A stretch of 51,697 bases of DNA from Legionellaceae bacterium (GTDB taxonomy: Bacteria; Pseudomonadota; Gammaproteobacteria; CBCSKA01), in contig CBCSKA010000148.1 of the NCBI GenBank assembly GCA_965140885.1, positions 1 through 51,697 of the forward strand, given 5' to 3'. The notes below the pieces were generated by a model. The model was not told where the DNA came from and made no database searches. It saw nothing but the letters and a program-made list of their open reading frames with translations. Below are positions 1-9,304 of this stretch, piece by piece (position 1 is the stretch's first letter; each line of letters begins with the position of its first letter). The position numbers and the translations under genes were made by a program.

Positions 1-60
1 ACTTGTCTTTTCAGACACTCACATGACTTCTCACGTAAGTGCCCACACAATTTGCTTGGC

Positions 61-78
61 TTTAGTTTTTAAAGAACT
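61..78 (-). promoter_or_regulatory. boxA-like antitermination motif in a leader transcribed leftwards out of the window (probable rRNA-operon leader)
   Basis: Minus strand reads AGTTCTTTAAAAACTAAA, close to rrn boxA consensus (TGCTCTTTAACAA; Firmicute-type TGTTCTTTGAAAACTAAA). It lies downstream of two strong minus-strand promoters, with no credible ORF. Confidence 0.4.
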
Positions 79-120
79 CCGAATCTCAGTTAATTTACTT
101 TCGATTCAGCTAAGTTGTCG

Positions 121-148
121 ATTCTACCGATTATTTTTTATTTGTCAA
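121..148 (-). promoter_or_regulatory. sigma70-type promoter (proximal) firing leftwards
   Basis: Minus strand TTGACA (148-143), 16 nt, TAGAAT (126-121), with an A/T-rich UP-like tract upstream. Confidence 0.45.
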
Positions 149-228
149 CCTGTTTTTTCAGGGAAGTTAAATTTTTTTAATTTTAACTTCGAAACAGTAA
201 AAAATAATCCGTCAATTCAAGGTTGGTC

Positions 229-256
229 ATGATATAGTAATAAAATATTTTGTCAA
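229..256 (-). promoter_or_regulatory. sigma70-type promoter (distal) firing leftwards
   Basis: Minus strand TTGACA (256-251), 16 nt, TATCAT (234-229). The tandem arrangement with the proximal promoter resembles rrn P1/P2. Confidence 0.35.
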
Positions 257-278
257 CCTAATTAACAAGGTTTAATAT
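250..278 (+). promoter_or_regulatory. candidate sigma70 promoter for rbfA-truB
   Basis: TTGTCA (250-255), 17 nt, TAATAT (273-278), 37 nt upstream of the rbfA ATG. Its -35 overlaps the divergent promoter in the palindromic core TTGTCAA. Confidence 0.4.
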
Positions 279-315
279 ATAAAAAATAACTTTCTTTTGA
301 TAAACAGGATTCATT

Positions 316-693
316 ATGCCTAAAGACTATAGTAGAACCTCTCGCATTGCCGAATTAATTCAGCAAGAAATCGCACTAATGTTACAAACTGAAATTGAAG
401 ATCCACATTTAAAACAAATTACTATTACACGTGTTGAAGTTACCCGTGATCTGACTTTAGCGAAAATTTATTTTTCTTTCTTTAATGAAGATGACGATGA
501 AAAAGAAAAAACTAAATGTTTAAATAAAGCAGGAAACTTTTTACGGTACCATTTAGCGAATCGAATAGAGTTACGTATCACTCCACAATTACGTTTTATT
601 TTCGATGCAGAACTCCAAAAAACACAAAAATTATTAAGTTTACTTCAATCCCTATCACCTATTGATAAGGATAAAACAAATGATGAAAGTTAA
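316..693 (+). CDS. rbfA: ribosome-binding factor A
   Basis: 125 aa, alignable along its full length to E. coli RbfA (QQEIALMLQ.EI.DP, V.V.RDL..AKIY). AGGA lies 6 nt upstream of the ATG, and truB follows as in the canonical operon. Confidence 0.95.
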   Translation: MPKDYSRTSRIAELIQQEIALMLQTEIEDPHLKQITITRVEVTRDLTLAKIYFSFFNEDDDEKEKTKCLNKAGNFLRYHLANRIELRITPQLRFIFDAELQKTQKLLSLLQSLSPIDKDKTNDES

Positions 694-1588
694 GAAAACC
701 AGTGAAAAACAAAAAATCAATGGCATTTTACTATTAGATAAAGGCATAGGCATTAGTTCTAATAAAGCATTACAACAAGTAAAACACTTATTTAATGCAG
801 AAAAAGCAGGACATACAGGAAGTTTAGATAATTTAGCAACAGGAATGTTACCCATTTGTTTTGGAGAAGCGACTAAGTATAGCCAATACTTACTTAATGC
901 AGATAAAACGTATTTCACGATTGGACATTTAGGGATTAAAACGAGAACAGGGGATGCTGAAGGAGACATTATTGCAATCAATAAACCTAAAACTTATATT
1001 TACCAAGATGTCCAAACGATTGTTAATTCTTTTTTAGGGACTATTACTCAAATTCCTCCCATGCATTCTGCGCTAAAACATAATGGACAACCACTTTATA
1101 AACTTGCACGTAAAGGAATAGAAATTGAGCGCTCTCCTCGTCAAATCACTATTTCAAAAATTGAAATTATTGATTATTCGAAAGAACAACTTGCTTTAAA
1201 AGTTACTTGTAGCAAAGGAACTTACATTCGAACCTTAATTGAAGATATTGGGGAAAAACTAGGATGTGGCGCACACGTTACTAAATTACATCGCTTATCT
1301 ATTGGTAATTTTAAACCCGAAGAAATGCTCTCTCTTACACAATTAATAAGCGATGAAGATGATAAAGAAAAATTGCATTCACACTTACTTTCTATCGATA
1401 CCTTATTACCACAATTTATGAAAGTTAATATCACTGATAGTGAAGCCATTCGTTTACAACAAGGACAAAAAATAGAATTTGTAAGCCCTACAATACCCAT
1501 TGTACAAATATATACAGGCAATCAATTTATTGGTTTAGGTGAAATAATCGATAATCTATTAATCCCTAAACGTCTTATGGCTACTTAA
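680..1588 (+). CDS. truB: tRNA pseudouridine-55 synthase
   Basis: INGILLLDKGIGISSN..L..VK and AGHTGSLDNLATGMLPICFGEATK match E. coli TruB. ATG at 680 has AAGGA 8 nt upstream. The ORF-track start at 662 is a TTG, which I consider less likely. Confidence 0.93.
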   Translation: MMKVKKTSEKQKINGILLLDKGIGISSNKALQQVKHLFNAEKAGHTGSLDNLATGMLPICFGEATKYSQYLLNADKTYFTIGHLGIKTRTGDAEGDIIAINKPKTYIYQDVQTIVNSFLGTITQIPPMHSALKHNGQPLYKLARKGIEIERSPRQITISKIEIIDYSKEQLALKVTCSKGTYIRTLIEDIGEKLGCGAHVTKLHRLSIGNFKPEEMLSLTQLISDEDDKEKLHSHLLSIDTLLPQFMKVNITDSEAIRLQQGQKIEFVSPTIPIVQIYTGNQFIGLGEIIDNLLIPKRLMAT

Positions 1589-1605
1589 GTAAAAGCACGT
1601 TTTCT

Positions 1606-2112
1606 TTAAAAAAGAATAGATTTAATAAATGTAAATAATTCTTTGCTATATAATTTCGCTTGAAGGTTTTCTTTATTGATATCTTTGATTGCTTTTCGAA
1701 TTAATTGCCTAAGATATTGGCGCTCAATTTGAGGATAAATAGCTAAAAATTCAGTGATAGCTTGATCACCACCAGTCATTAATTGTATACACCAGTGTTC
1801 GATTTGCTGTTTTCTTACTTTTTCTATCTCATCCTTATGCTCTATTTGTTTGAATAAATCATCGATAAATGAAGATTCATACCCTCTCATTAATTTACCA
1901 ATATATTGGATTTGTCTGCGTTTGGCTTCATTTGATTTGATAATTTTTGCTAATTCTATCGCCTCAAGTAATTCACTATCTAATGGTAAGCGAGATAATT
2001 GCTTGGCGGGAAGTTTAACTAATACTGCGCCTAATTCTTGTAACGCATGCATATCTTGTTTCTTTTGAGTTTTACTCTTTTCTAACGGGGATGTATCTAC
2101 ACTATATGACAT
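1606..2112 (-). CDS. yjgA: DUF615/YjgA-family ribosome-associated protein
   Basis: 168 aa, alignable to E. coli YjgA (L.LD..L..AIELA..I....A.RRQ.QYIGKLMR). Divergent from pmbA exactly as in E. coli. Confidence 0.88.
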   Translation of the reverse strand: MSYSVDTSPLEKSKTQKKQDMHALQELGAVLVKLPAKQLSRLPLDSELLEAIELAKIIKSNEAKRRQIQYIGKLMRGYESSFIDDLFKQIEHKDEIEKVRKQQIEHWCIQLMTGGDQAITEFLAIYPQIERQYLRQLIRKAIKDINKENLQAKLYSKELFTFIKSILF

Positions 2113-2301
2113 TATTTTCTTCCAAAATCACAGTAATTGAATGACTTGTTGCTACCAATAATCAAAAAATATTTTAATAAGCTTATCACTAACATTTAAT
2201 ATATAAAAATTATTCCTAATTTATTATATTGTTTTTTTATGCTAATGTTTATATAGAGTTATACGGTAACATATTAAAACATTTAATTCGATAAATACCC
2301 A

Positions 2302-3687
2302 ATGGATGGCTATATGAAAGATAATAAGTTAATTCAACAAAGAGTGGACTCATTAACAACACTCACTTATGAAAATTCAGATTGGCCAACATTAATCAAT
2401 CAAGTATTAAAAAATGCAAAAGCGCTTGGCGCTACTGATGCTGAAATTAGTGCAAGCTCATCCATGGGATTTACCACTGCTGTTCGTTTAAGAGAAGTTG
2501 AAACCATTGAATTTACGCGAAGTAAAGCCGCGGTAATCACCGTTTATTTTGGTAAACAAAAAGGTTCAGCAAGTACCACTGATACGAGTTATGAAGCATT
2601 AAATGCCGCTGTTAAAGCAGCTTGCGAAATTGCGAAAGCGTCGGGTAAAGACGAATATGCAGGTTTAGCAAAAAAAGAACAACTGGCTTTTCATTATTCA
2701 CCCTTAGACTTATATCATTCCTGGACGGTAACGCCAGAACAAGCTATAGAAATAGCTTTAGAATGTGAAGAAGCCGCTCTTAGTTATGATCCCCGAATTA
2801 TTAATTCAGAAGGCGCGGCTTTAAGTACCCATCAGCATCATTATGTTTATGCAAATACCTTGGATTTTTACGGTCACTATGATTCTACCCAGCATAGTCT
2901 GAGTTGTTGTGTCATAGGACAACAAGGAGAAGAAATGCAACGTGACCATAGTGTGACCATGGCTCGTTCTGCGCAAAATTTAAAAAATGCTAACTTTATT
3001 GGTAAAGAAGTCGCAGAAAAAACGTTAAAACGCTTAGGCGCAAGAAAATTAAATACACAAAAAGCCCCTATTATTTTTGAAAAAACCATTGCGAGTTCAT
3101 TACTGAGTAGCTTTATCCAAGCCATTCGGGGGGGAAATCTTTATCGTAAATCCTCCTTTTTATTGGATCACTTAGGTAAAAAAGTTTTCCCAGATTTTAT
3201 TGATATTTATGAAGAACCTCATTTGATAGGTGGCTTGGGTAGCGCCCCTTTTGATAATGAAGGAGTATCTACACGTAACAAATATTTTATACAACAAGGC
3301 ATATTAGAAAATTATCTTTTAAATAGTTATTCTGCACGAAAATTAGGTTTAGAAACGACGGGTAATGCTGGCGGAGTTTATAATCTTTCTATTAAAACAA
3401 GTTCTGATAACTTATCTTCATTACTCAAAACCATGGATACGGGTTTACTCGTTACTGAATTAATGGGTCAAGGTATTAATCTAGTGACAGGAGATTATTC
3501 ACGTGGTGCGAGTGGATTTTGGGTAGAAAAGGGTGAAATTCAATTTCCAGTAGAAGAAATTACTATCGCTGGAAATTTAGGTGATATGTTCAAGAATATT
3601 GTTAAAGTCGCGAATGATATTGAAAAACAACGAAATATCATTACTGGATCACTCTTAATTGAAGAAATGATGATAGCGGGTAATTAA
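2302..3687 (+). CDS. pmbA: metalloprotease PmbA/TldE
   Basis: 461 aa, colinear with E. coli PmbA (GDYSRGASGFWVEKGEIQFPVEEITIAGNL, NSYSARKLGLETTGNAGG). ATG at 2314 is an alternative start. Confidence 0.95.
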   Translation: MDGYMKDNKLIQQRVDSLTTLTYENSDWPTLINQVLKNAKALGATDAEISASSSMGFTTAVRLREVETIEFTRSKAAVITVYFGKQKGSASTTDTSYEALNAAVKAACEIAKASGKDEYAGLAKKEQLAFHYSPLDLYHSWTVTPEQAIEIALECEEAALSYDPRIINSEGAALSTHQHHYVYANTLDFYGHYDSTQHSLSCCVIGQQGEEMQRDHSVTMARSAQNLKNANFIGKEVAEKTLKRLGARKLNTQKAPIIFEKTIASSLLSSFIQAIRGGNLYRKSSFLLDHLGKKVFPDFIDIYEEPHLIGGLGSAPFDNEGVSTRNKYFIQQGILENYLLNSYSARKLGLETTGNAGGVYNLSIKTSSDNLSSLLKTMDTGLLVTELMGQGINLVTGDYSRGASGFWVEKGEIQFPVEEITIAGNLGDMFKNIVKVANDIEKQRNIITGSLLIEEMMIAGN

Positions 3688-3689
3688 AT

Positions 3690-3974
3690 TTATTGATTTT
3701 CACCAAAGTAAGCGTAAATTAATTCTTGTAATCCATTTAAAGCATTGGTTTCATCATTCCCTTTAATAATTAATTCAATTTCACTCCCTTTTTTAGCACC
3801 TAACGAAATAATTGACATAATACTTTTGCCATTCGCCTGTTTCCCATTACATAAAACTTCAATTTCACTACCATAATGCATGGCTGTTTTAACAAATTTA
3901 TCTGCTGCTCGAGCATGAAGCCCATGTTTATTCATAATTTGTAGTTTTTTTCTCAGCATACACGGCGTATCCAT
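3690..3974 (-). CDS. ptsO: HPr-family phosphocarrier protein (NPr-like)
   Basis: 94 aa with the HPr active-site context NKHGLHARAA. It lies at the end of the rpoN-hpf cluster as in E. coli. AAGGA is upstream of the ATG at 3974; ATG at 3959 is an alternative start. Confidence 0.85.
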   Translation of the reverse strand: MDTPCMLRKKLQIMNKHGLHARAADKFVKTAMHYGSEIEVLCNGKQANGKSIMSIISLGAKKGSEIELIIKGNDETNALNGLQELIYAYFGENQ

Positions 3975-4099
3975 AAAATTCCTTTATTTAAATTTAAAAT
4001 ATATAAAGAATTCATTGTGAAATATGATCAGTGGAAAAAGCGAGAATAGCGAGGAATAATAGGTCGATAAAAAGTCTATTTCATTACTTTTATACTTGT

Positions 4100-4139
4100 A
4101 TAAATTCTTCGCGGTTATTAATAACCGCGAAGAATTTAT
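4100..4139. terminator. 40-nt perfect palindrome, bidirectional terminator-like hairpin between hpf and ptsO
   Basis: ATAAATTCTTCGCGGTTATT/AATAACCGCGAAGAATTTAT is perfectly self-complementary. It starts 5 nt after the hpf stop and is flanked by A/T runs. Confidence 0.6.
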
Positions 4140-4143
4140 ATAT

Positions 4144-4434
4144 TTATTCGCCATTTTCTTTTTGACGATGTTTTGCAACTTGCCTTTCCAATTTATCAAA
4201 TAAATCATCAATAGAATTATACATATCTTGTGAATCAGCTTGTGCGTGAATAATACCTCCATGAGGTACATGTATTGTCGCTTCCGCACGCTGTATTAAT
4301 TTTTCAATATCAAAGATAACATGAATTGATGTAATCTTATCATAATGTCGGCATAAACGCTCTAATTTTTCTGTCGCATAGGCTCGTAAAGCATCAGTTA
4401 CTTCAATATGACGTCCTGTAAATGTTACATTCAT
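4144..4434 (-). CDS. hpf: ribosome hibernation promoting factor (sigma54 modulation protein family)
   Basis: 96 aa, colinear with E. coli HPF (M.[LV].[IF]TG....[IV]T.ALR, H....G.IHA.A...DMY..ID.L.DKL.RQ). Immediately downstream of rpoN. Confidence 0.95.
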   Translation of the reverse strand: MNVTFTGRHIEVTDALRAYATEKLERLCRHYDKITSIHVIFDIEKLIQRAEATIHVPHGGIIHAQADSQDMYNSIDDLFDKLERQVAKHRQKENGE

Positions 4435-4450
4435 TTTACTACTCCTATTT

Positions 4451-5908
4451 TTAAGTTAAATATTTTCTATCATGAGATGGTGGTATAGCCATAAGTTCAC
4501 GATATTTAGCAACGGTTCGTCTCGCAATCAAAATGCCTTGTTCTTCAAGTATTTGGACAATTTTACTATCACTTAAAGGACGTTTTGAATTTTCTGCACT
4601 AATTAATTTTTTAATTAATGCACGAATAGCTATAGACGAACAAGCTTCTCCATTACCCCCCACAATATGACTGGAAAAGAAATATTTTAATTCAAAGACA
4701 CCTTGTGGCGTATACATATATTTTTGCGTCGTCACACGTGAAATTGTCGATTCGTGTACGCCTAATACTTCAGCAATATCGCGTAATACAAGTGGTTTCA
4801 TCGCTTCGGCTCCCTGTTGTAAAAAGCCTTGTTGTCTTTCAACAATCGCTGTAGCCACTTTTAATAAGGTTTCATGTCGACTTTGCAAACTTTTTATAAA
4901 CCAACGCGCTTCTTGTAATTGATTGCGCAAAAAAACATGGTCACCATCATTACTTGATTGTCTTGCTAATTCCATATAATGTTTATTAATTCTTAATTTA
5001 GGTAAAGCATCTAAATTAAGTTCTACCACCCACCGTTTCTCTTCTTTTTTTACAATAATATCAGGAATGATAGCACTTGCATTATGGGAGCAAAGTTGTG
5101 CTCCGGGTCTTGGGTTTAATGATTGAATTAACTGTAATACATTTTGTAATTTTTCATGAGATAAATTTAATCCTTTTTGTAAATCATCATATTCATGTTT
5201 TACTAAACAAGTGAAATAATTATTTATAATATCAAATGCTTCATGAATCCAAGGAGTATCTTCAGGTTTATCTTGTAATTGAATCAATAAGCATTCTTGA
5301 ATATTCCGCGCACCAACACCGACGGGTTCAAATTCATGAATTTTTTTTAATACACCTTCAATTTCTTCTATACTGACATTTTTCTGAAATTGATTTAAAT
5401 ATTCTTGTATATCTTTTAAATTACTATCTAACATACCATCTTCATCGATAGAATCAATTAATGTGATAGCAATTGCTCTTTCAATATCTGTAAATGGCGT
5501 TAATTCAACTTGCCACATTAAATGTTCAAATAAATTTGCTTCTTTATTTGATAACCAATCTATATTATTTTCAGTTATTGCCGTTCCTAGAATAGGTTGT
5601 TGATATATTTCTTCCCAATTCGTATCGACTGGCATTTCATCACTCACTAATTGTGTAGTTTGTAAATCTAACTCTGCTGTATCTTTATAATTATCATCGC
5701 TACACTCTGGCTTATCATATTCAGCCATTTTTTGTTCTATGCTTAAATCTTCTTCTTCATAAGTTTCTAATAAAGGATTTGTTTCAATCGCTTGCTGAAC
5801 TTCATTATGTAAATCTACAGTTGATAATTGCAAAAGACGAATTGCCATTTGTAATTGTGGTGTTAGAGCAATTTGTTGACCAATATGTACTTGTAGTGTT
5901 GCTTTCAT
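4451..5908 (-). CDS. rpoN: RNA polymerase sigma-54 factor
   Basis: N-terminus MKATLQVHIGQQIALTPQLQMAIRLLQLSTVDL matches the RpoN region I consensus. C-terminal RpoN box ARRTVAKYRE is present. ATG at 5908 has AAGGA upstream; the ORF track extends spuriously to 5962. Confidence 0.95.
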   Translation of the reverse strand: MKATLQVHIGQQIALTPQLQMAIRLLQLSTVDLHNEVQQAIETNPLLETYEEEDLSIEQKMAEYDKPECSDDNYKDTAELDLQTTQLVSDEMPVDTNWEEIYQQPILGTAITENNIDWLSNKEANLFEHLMWQVELTPFTDIERAIAITLIDSIDEDGMLDSNLKDIQEYLNQFQKNVSIEEIEGVLKKIHEFEPVGVGARNIQECLLIQLQDKPEDTPWIHEAFDIINNYFTCLVKHEYDDLQKGLNLSHEKLQNVLQLIQSLNPRPGAQLCSHNASAIIPDIIVKKEEKRWVVELNLDALPKLRINKHYMELARQSSNDGDHVFLRNQLQEARWFIKSLQSRHETLLKVATAIVERQQGFLQQGAEAMKPLVLRDIAEVLGVHESTISRVTTQKYMYTPQGVFELKYFFSSHIVGGNGEACSSIAIRALIKKLISAENSKRPLSDSKIVQILEEQGILIARRTVAKYRELMAIPPSHDRKYLT

Positions 5909-6005
5909 TATTTCCATCCTTTTACGCAAAAATAAAGCATAAACCAGAAAATTGAAATTCACTTAATTAATATAAGTTTAGCGCAAAATTAAGACTGTAT
6001 GTAAT

Positions 6006-6734
6006 TTATAATGAAAAATCCTCTCCCAAATATACTTTTCTGACTTGCTGATTATTTAAAATTGCTTGTGGTTCATCTTCACAAATAATTTCTCCATCAT
6101 TAACAATATATGCACGTTCACAAATATTTAATGTTTCTCTCACATTATGATCGGTAATTAATATCCCTATTCCTTTTTCACGTAAATGTTTAATAATACG
6201 TTTAATATCAATAACAGATATAGGGTCTACCCCTGCAAAGGGTTCATCAAGTAAAATAAACATAGGTTCATTTGCCAATAAGCGAGCAATTTCAACTCTT
6301 CTTCGTTCTCCACCCGATAAACTAATACCCATTGAATCTCGTAAATGACTGATGTGAAATTCATGAAGTAATTCATCTAATTTATGTTTTTTTTCTTCCG
6401 TAGATAGCTTTTTTCGTAATTCTAAAATAGCCATAATATTTTGTGCGACAGTTAATTTTCTAAATATAGAAGCTTCTTGTGGTAAATATCCCAAACCTAT
6501 TTTCGCGCGCTGATCAATTGTTAAATGGGTAATATTTTGATTATTTAAAATTACAGTTCCATTATCAATGGGAATTAAGCCAACTATCATATAGAAACTA
6601 GTTGTTTTTCCCGCGCCATTGGGACCGAGTAAACCTACAATTTCTCCCTTGCCAACTTGTAAAGATACATCTTTAACTATTTTTCGACCAGAATATGTTT
6701 TAGCTAAATGTTTAACCTGAAGTGAAGCATACAT
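6006..6734 (-). CDS. lptB: LPS export ABC transporter ATPase
   Basis: 242 aa with Walker [10 protein letters not shown], signature [13 protein letters not shown] and Walker B FILLDEP. Positioned between lptA-like sequence and rpoN. Confidence 0.95.
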   Translation of the reverse strand: MYASLQVKHLAKTYSGRKIVKDVSLQVGKGEIVGLLGPNGAGKTTSFYMIVGLIPIDNGTVILNNQNITHLTIDQRAKIGLGYLPQEASIFRKLTVAQNIMAILELRKKLSTEEKKHKLDELLHEFHISHLRDSMGISLSGGERRRVEIARLLANEPMFILLDEPFAGVDPISVIDIKRIIKHLREKGIGILITDHNVRETLNICERAYIVNDGEIICEDEPQAILNNQQVRKVYLGEDFSL

Positions 6735-6833
6735 TTCTCTTATCCTTTATGACTAGATTGTTAGCAGTCTAATTAAATTAATCATTAATTATTAAAGTTT
6801 TTGCTTAAATTATTTATTTTCCTACTGACACTA

Positions 6834-7832
6834 TTATTGTGATGAGGAAGTTTTTATAGTAATGGTGCCACCCTCTTGAGTAAAGGGTGTTTTGATTGTT
6901 TGTTTTTTCATGTTATACGTCATATAAGGTGATTTATAGTTATTATGATCTTGGGTTATATTGACATTACCTTTAAAAACAATGAGATTTTGCTTTGGCA
7001 AATATTGAATTTTTTCTGCATTTCCTTGCATTGACGATATTTTTTCTTGTTCGGCGATATGAATTATCGCAGGTTTTCCTAGAGCCGTCGCTTCTTGTAA
7101 TGCATTTTGAGAGTCCAAATAAACGCTTAATTGATTGGCATATAAGTGGCGTAAATCCTGACTGAAAATAACATTTCCTTCATAAACAGCCATTTTATTT
7201 TTTATCTTAAAATAAGCTTTAGAAGCATTAAGTAGCCATTTTTTATCTGATTCAAACATTGTACTTCTTACATTCTTAGATAATTTTATTATTTCTTTAT
7301 TAAGATCAATGTTTGCACCTTCACTCTTTATCAAAAAATCACCTTGTTGTGTGCTTATTTCACTATTAGTTTGTGCGTATTTTTTTTCAGGTAAAATAAA
7401 AAGATAATTTGTTAATATCTTTGTCGCAGGATGTTGTAAATTTTTAGGTTTAAAGCCTACCACATGATTCCATAATATTAATTCACTAACGCCTTTACGT
7501 GTTTTACCTTTTTGCGCAGAAATTTTCCAAGGTGTATTTTCTTGATCATAAATATAAAAAAGGGGATTTTCCATTTCAGTGATATTTTCATTGGGATAAT
7601 GTTTCATAGAAGAAGAATAAAATTCTGCATCTATATTACCCATTTCATTAAAAGAAACGCCTCGGATTTCTTCCATAAATGCATCAAATTGATATTTATT
7701 AGCATTTTGTAAAGTATGTTGCGCATTGAAAGCTTCAAATATTAACCAAGCACTCAGCATAGCAATAAGAAATAATACAAGGCTACTGATTTTTTGCTTA
7801 TTATTAGATTGAAATATATTTAGATATCGCAT
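6834..7832 (-). CDS. LptC-LptA fusion protein (N-terminal membrane-anchored LptC-like domain plus C-terminal LptA/OstA-like domain in one ORF)
   Basis: 332 aa. The N-terminal TM anchor (SSLVLFLIAMLSAWLIF) and residues up to about aa 195 follow the LptC pattern. Residues from about aa 200 to 332 follow the LptA pattern (VYEGNVIFSQ..L.AN.L.VYLD, ALGKPA, L.FKGNVNITQ). There is no internal signal peptide or stop. Confidence 0.75.
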   Translation of the reverse strand: MRYLNIFQSNNKQKISSLVLFLIAMLSAWLIFEAFNAQHTLQNANKYQFDAFMEEIRGVSFNEMGNIDAEFYSSSMKHYPNENITEMENPLFYIYDQENTPWKISAQKGKTRKGVSELILWNHVVGFKPKNLQHPATKILTNYLFILPEKKYAQTNSEISTQQGDFLIKSEGANIDLNKEIIKLSKNVRSTMFESDKKWLLNASKAYFKIKNKMAVYEGNVIFSQDLRHLYANQLSVYLDSQNALQEATALGKPAIIHIAEQEKISSMQGNAEKIQYLPKQNLIVFKGNVNITQDHNNYKSPYMTYNMKKQTIKTPFTQEGGTITIKTSSSQ

Positions 7833-8331
7833 TTTCCCACTTATTTTGCGCTTTTAATAAAAATTCACATACTTCTCGCACGGCACCTTTTCCTCCATTT
7901 GCATTGGTAATCCAATGAACATAGGGAAATATGGCTTCATTCGCATTTTGAACAGTAATACTTAAACCTGCTCGTTGAAAAAGGGGAATATCGACTAAAT
8001 CATCGCCGATACAAGCAACTTGCTCGGGCTTTAAGGATAATTCATTTAATAGAGTTTGAAAAATAGGTAATTTTTCAGGGTGACCTTGGTATAAATACTT
8101 AACACCCATTTTTTTTATACGGTGAGTAACACAAGGCACATTACGCCCCGAAATAACAGCAACAATAATTCCCATTGCTTGTAATAATTCTATACCTAAA
8201 CCATCTTGAACATGAAATGCTTTCGTTTCAATACCATTATCATCAATATAAATATGCCCATTGCTTAGAACACCATCCACATCAAGCACCAGTAATTTTA
8301 TTTCTTGTGCGCGAGCAATGTTTTCTTGCAT
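7804..8331 (-). CDS. kdsC: 3-deoxy-D-manno-octulosonate 8-phosphate phosphatase
   Basis: 175 aa HAD phosphatase with LLVLDVDGVLSNG and CIGDDLVDIPL. Immediately upstream of lptC as in E. coli. Confidence 0.93.
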   Translation of the reverse strand: MQENIARAQEIKLLVLDVDGVLSNGHIYIDDNGIETKAFHVQDGLGIELLQAMGIIVAVISGRNVPCVTHRIKKMGVKYLYQGHPEKLPIFQTLLNELSLKPEQVACIGDDLVDIPLFQRAGLSITVQNANEAIFPYVHWITNANGGKGAVREVCEFLLKAQNKWENAISKYISI

Positions 8332-8386
8332 AAAGGGAACTCCTTAATACTCATGAAATGTTTAATGCAAATAGAAAAGTAATAGT

Positions 8387-8736
8387 GAGAGTTAGCCTAT
8401 AAGCCGAGTTCTGTCGAAGGCAATCATTCATCTGCGATGGCTATCACTAGACATCTGTAGCAACCTACCCAAACCCAACGCGGGCAACGTCAATGGGTTT
8501 CTATTTGGTCTTGCTCCAAGCGGGGTTTTCCATGCCATTCAATGTTACCACGAATGCGGTGCGCTCTTACCGCACCATTTCACCCTTACCGCTTATTTAA
8601 AAGCGGCGGTATACTTTCTGTTGCACTTTCCGTAGGTTCACACCTCCCAGGAATTACCTGGCGCTTTGCCCTATGGAGCCCGGACTTTCCTCCCTATTCT
8701 TTATAAAAGAATACAGCGATTACCCAGCTAACTCTC
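8387..8736 (-). ncRNA. rnpB: RNase P RNA, bacterial type A
   Basis: Minus strand contains GGAGGAAAGTCCGGGCTCCATAGGGCA, GTGCAACAGAAAG, GGTAAGGGTGAAA.GGTGCGGTAAGAGCGCACC and ACAGAACTCGGCTTATAGGCTAACTCTC. The P1 pairing GAGAGTTAGC/GCTAACTCTC defines the ends. Confidence 0.93.
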
Positions 8737-8813
8737 GCAGATAGAATAACACAATTAATAAGATATTTAAGTTAAATTTTACTTTTTACACATTGAATTT
8801 CACCATCACTCAT

Positions 8814-9281
8814 TCAACCTAATAAACTACGCAACATCCACGCATTTTTTTCATGGGCTTGCATTCTTCCTGTTAAAATATCCGCCGTAGGTTCATCATG
8901 AGTTTCATCCACTTTAGGAAAAATTAAACGCGCTGTTCTCACAATAGTTTCTTGTCCTTCGATTAATTGCTGAATCATTTCTTCCGCACCAGGAACTCCT
9001 TGTGCTTCTTTAATCGAGGTTAAGCGCATGAATTCCCCATAACTCCCAGGTGCTGGAAAACCCAATGCTCTGATACGCTCAGCAATAGTATCTATTGCTA
9101 ACGCGAGTTCTGTATATTGCTGTTCGAATAATAAATGCAGAGTATTAAACATAGGCCCTGTCACATTCCAATGAAATGCTTGTGTTTTTAAATAAAGCGT
9201 ATAGCTATCAGCTAAAACTTTCGATAAGCCTTCACTAATAATTTTTCTATCTAATTCACTAATACCTATATTTATACTCAT
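8814..9281 (-). CDS. dps: Dps-family DNA starvation/stationary-phase protection protein (ferritin-like)
   Basis: 155 aa with the Dps pattern LADSYTLYLKTQAFHWNVTGPMF..LH..FE.QY and DE.TADIL. Confidence 0.88.
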   Translation of the reverse strand: MSINIGISELDRKIISEGLSKVLADSYTLYLKTQAFHWNVTGPMFNTLHLLFEQQYTELALAIDTIAERIRALGFPAPGSYGEFMRLTSIKEAQGVPGAEEMIQQLIEGQETIVRTARLIFPKVDETHDEPTADILTGRMQAHEKNAWMLRSLLG

Positions 9282-9304
9282 ATATATCTCCTATTGATTA
9301 AGTC

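Noticed and set aside
3984-4289. 101-aa minus-strand ORF between ptsO and hpf
   Set aside because: It overlaps the well-supported hpf gene out of frame and spans the 40-nt palindrome. Its composition is a low-complexity AT-rich artefact.
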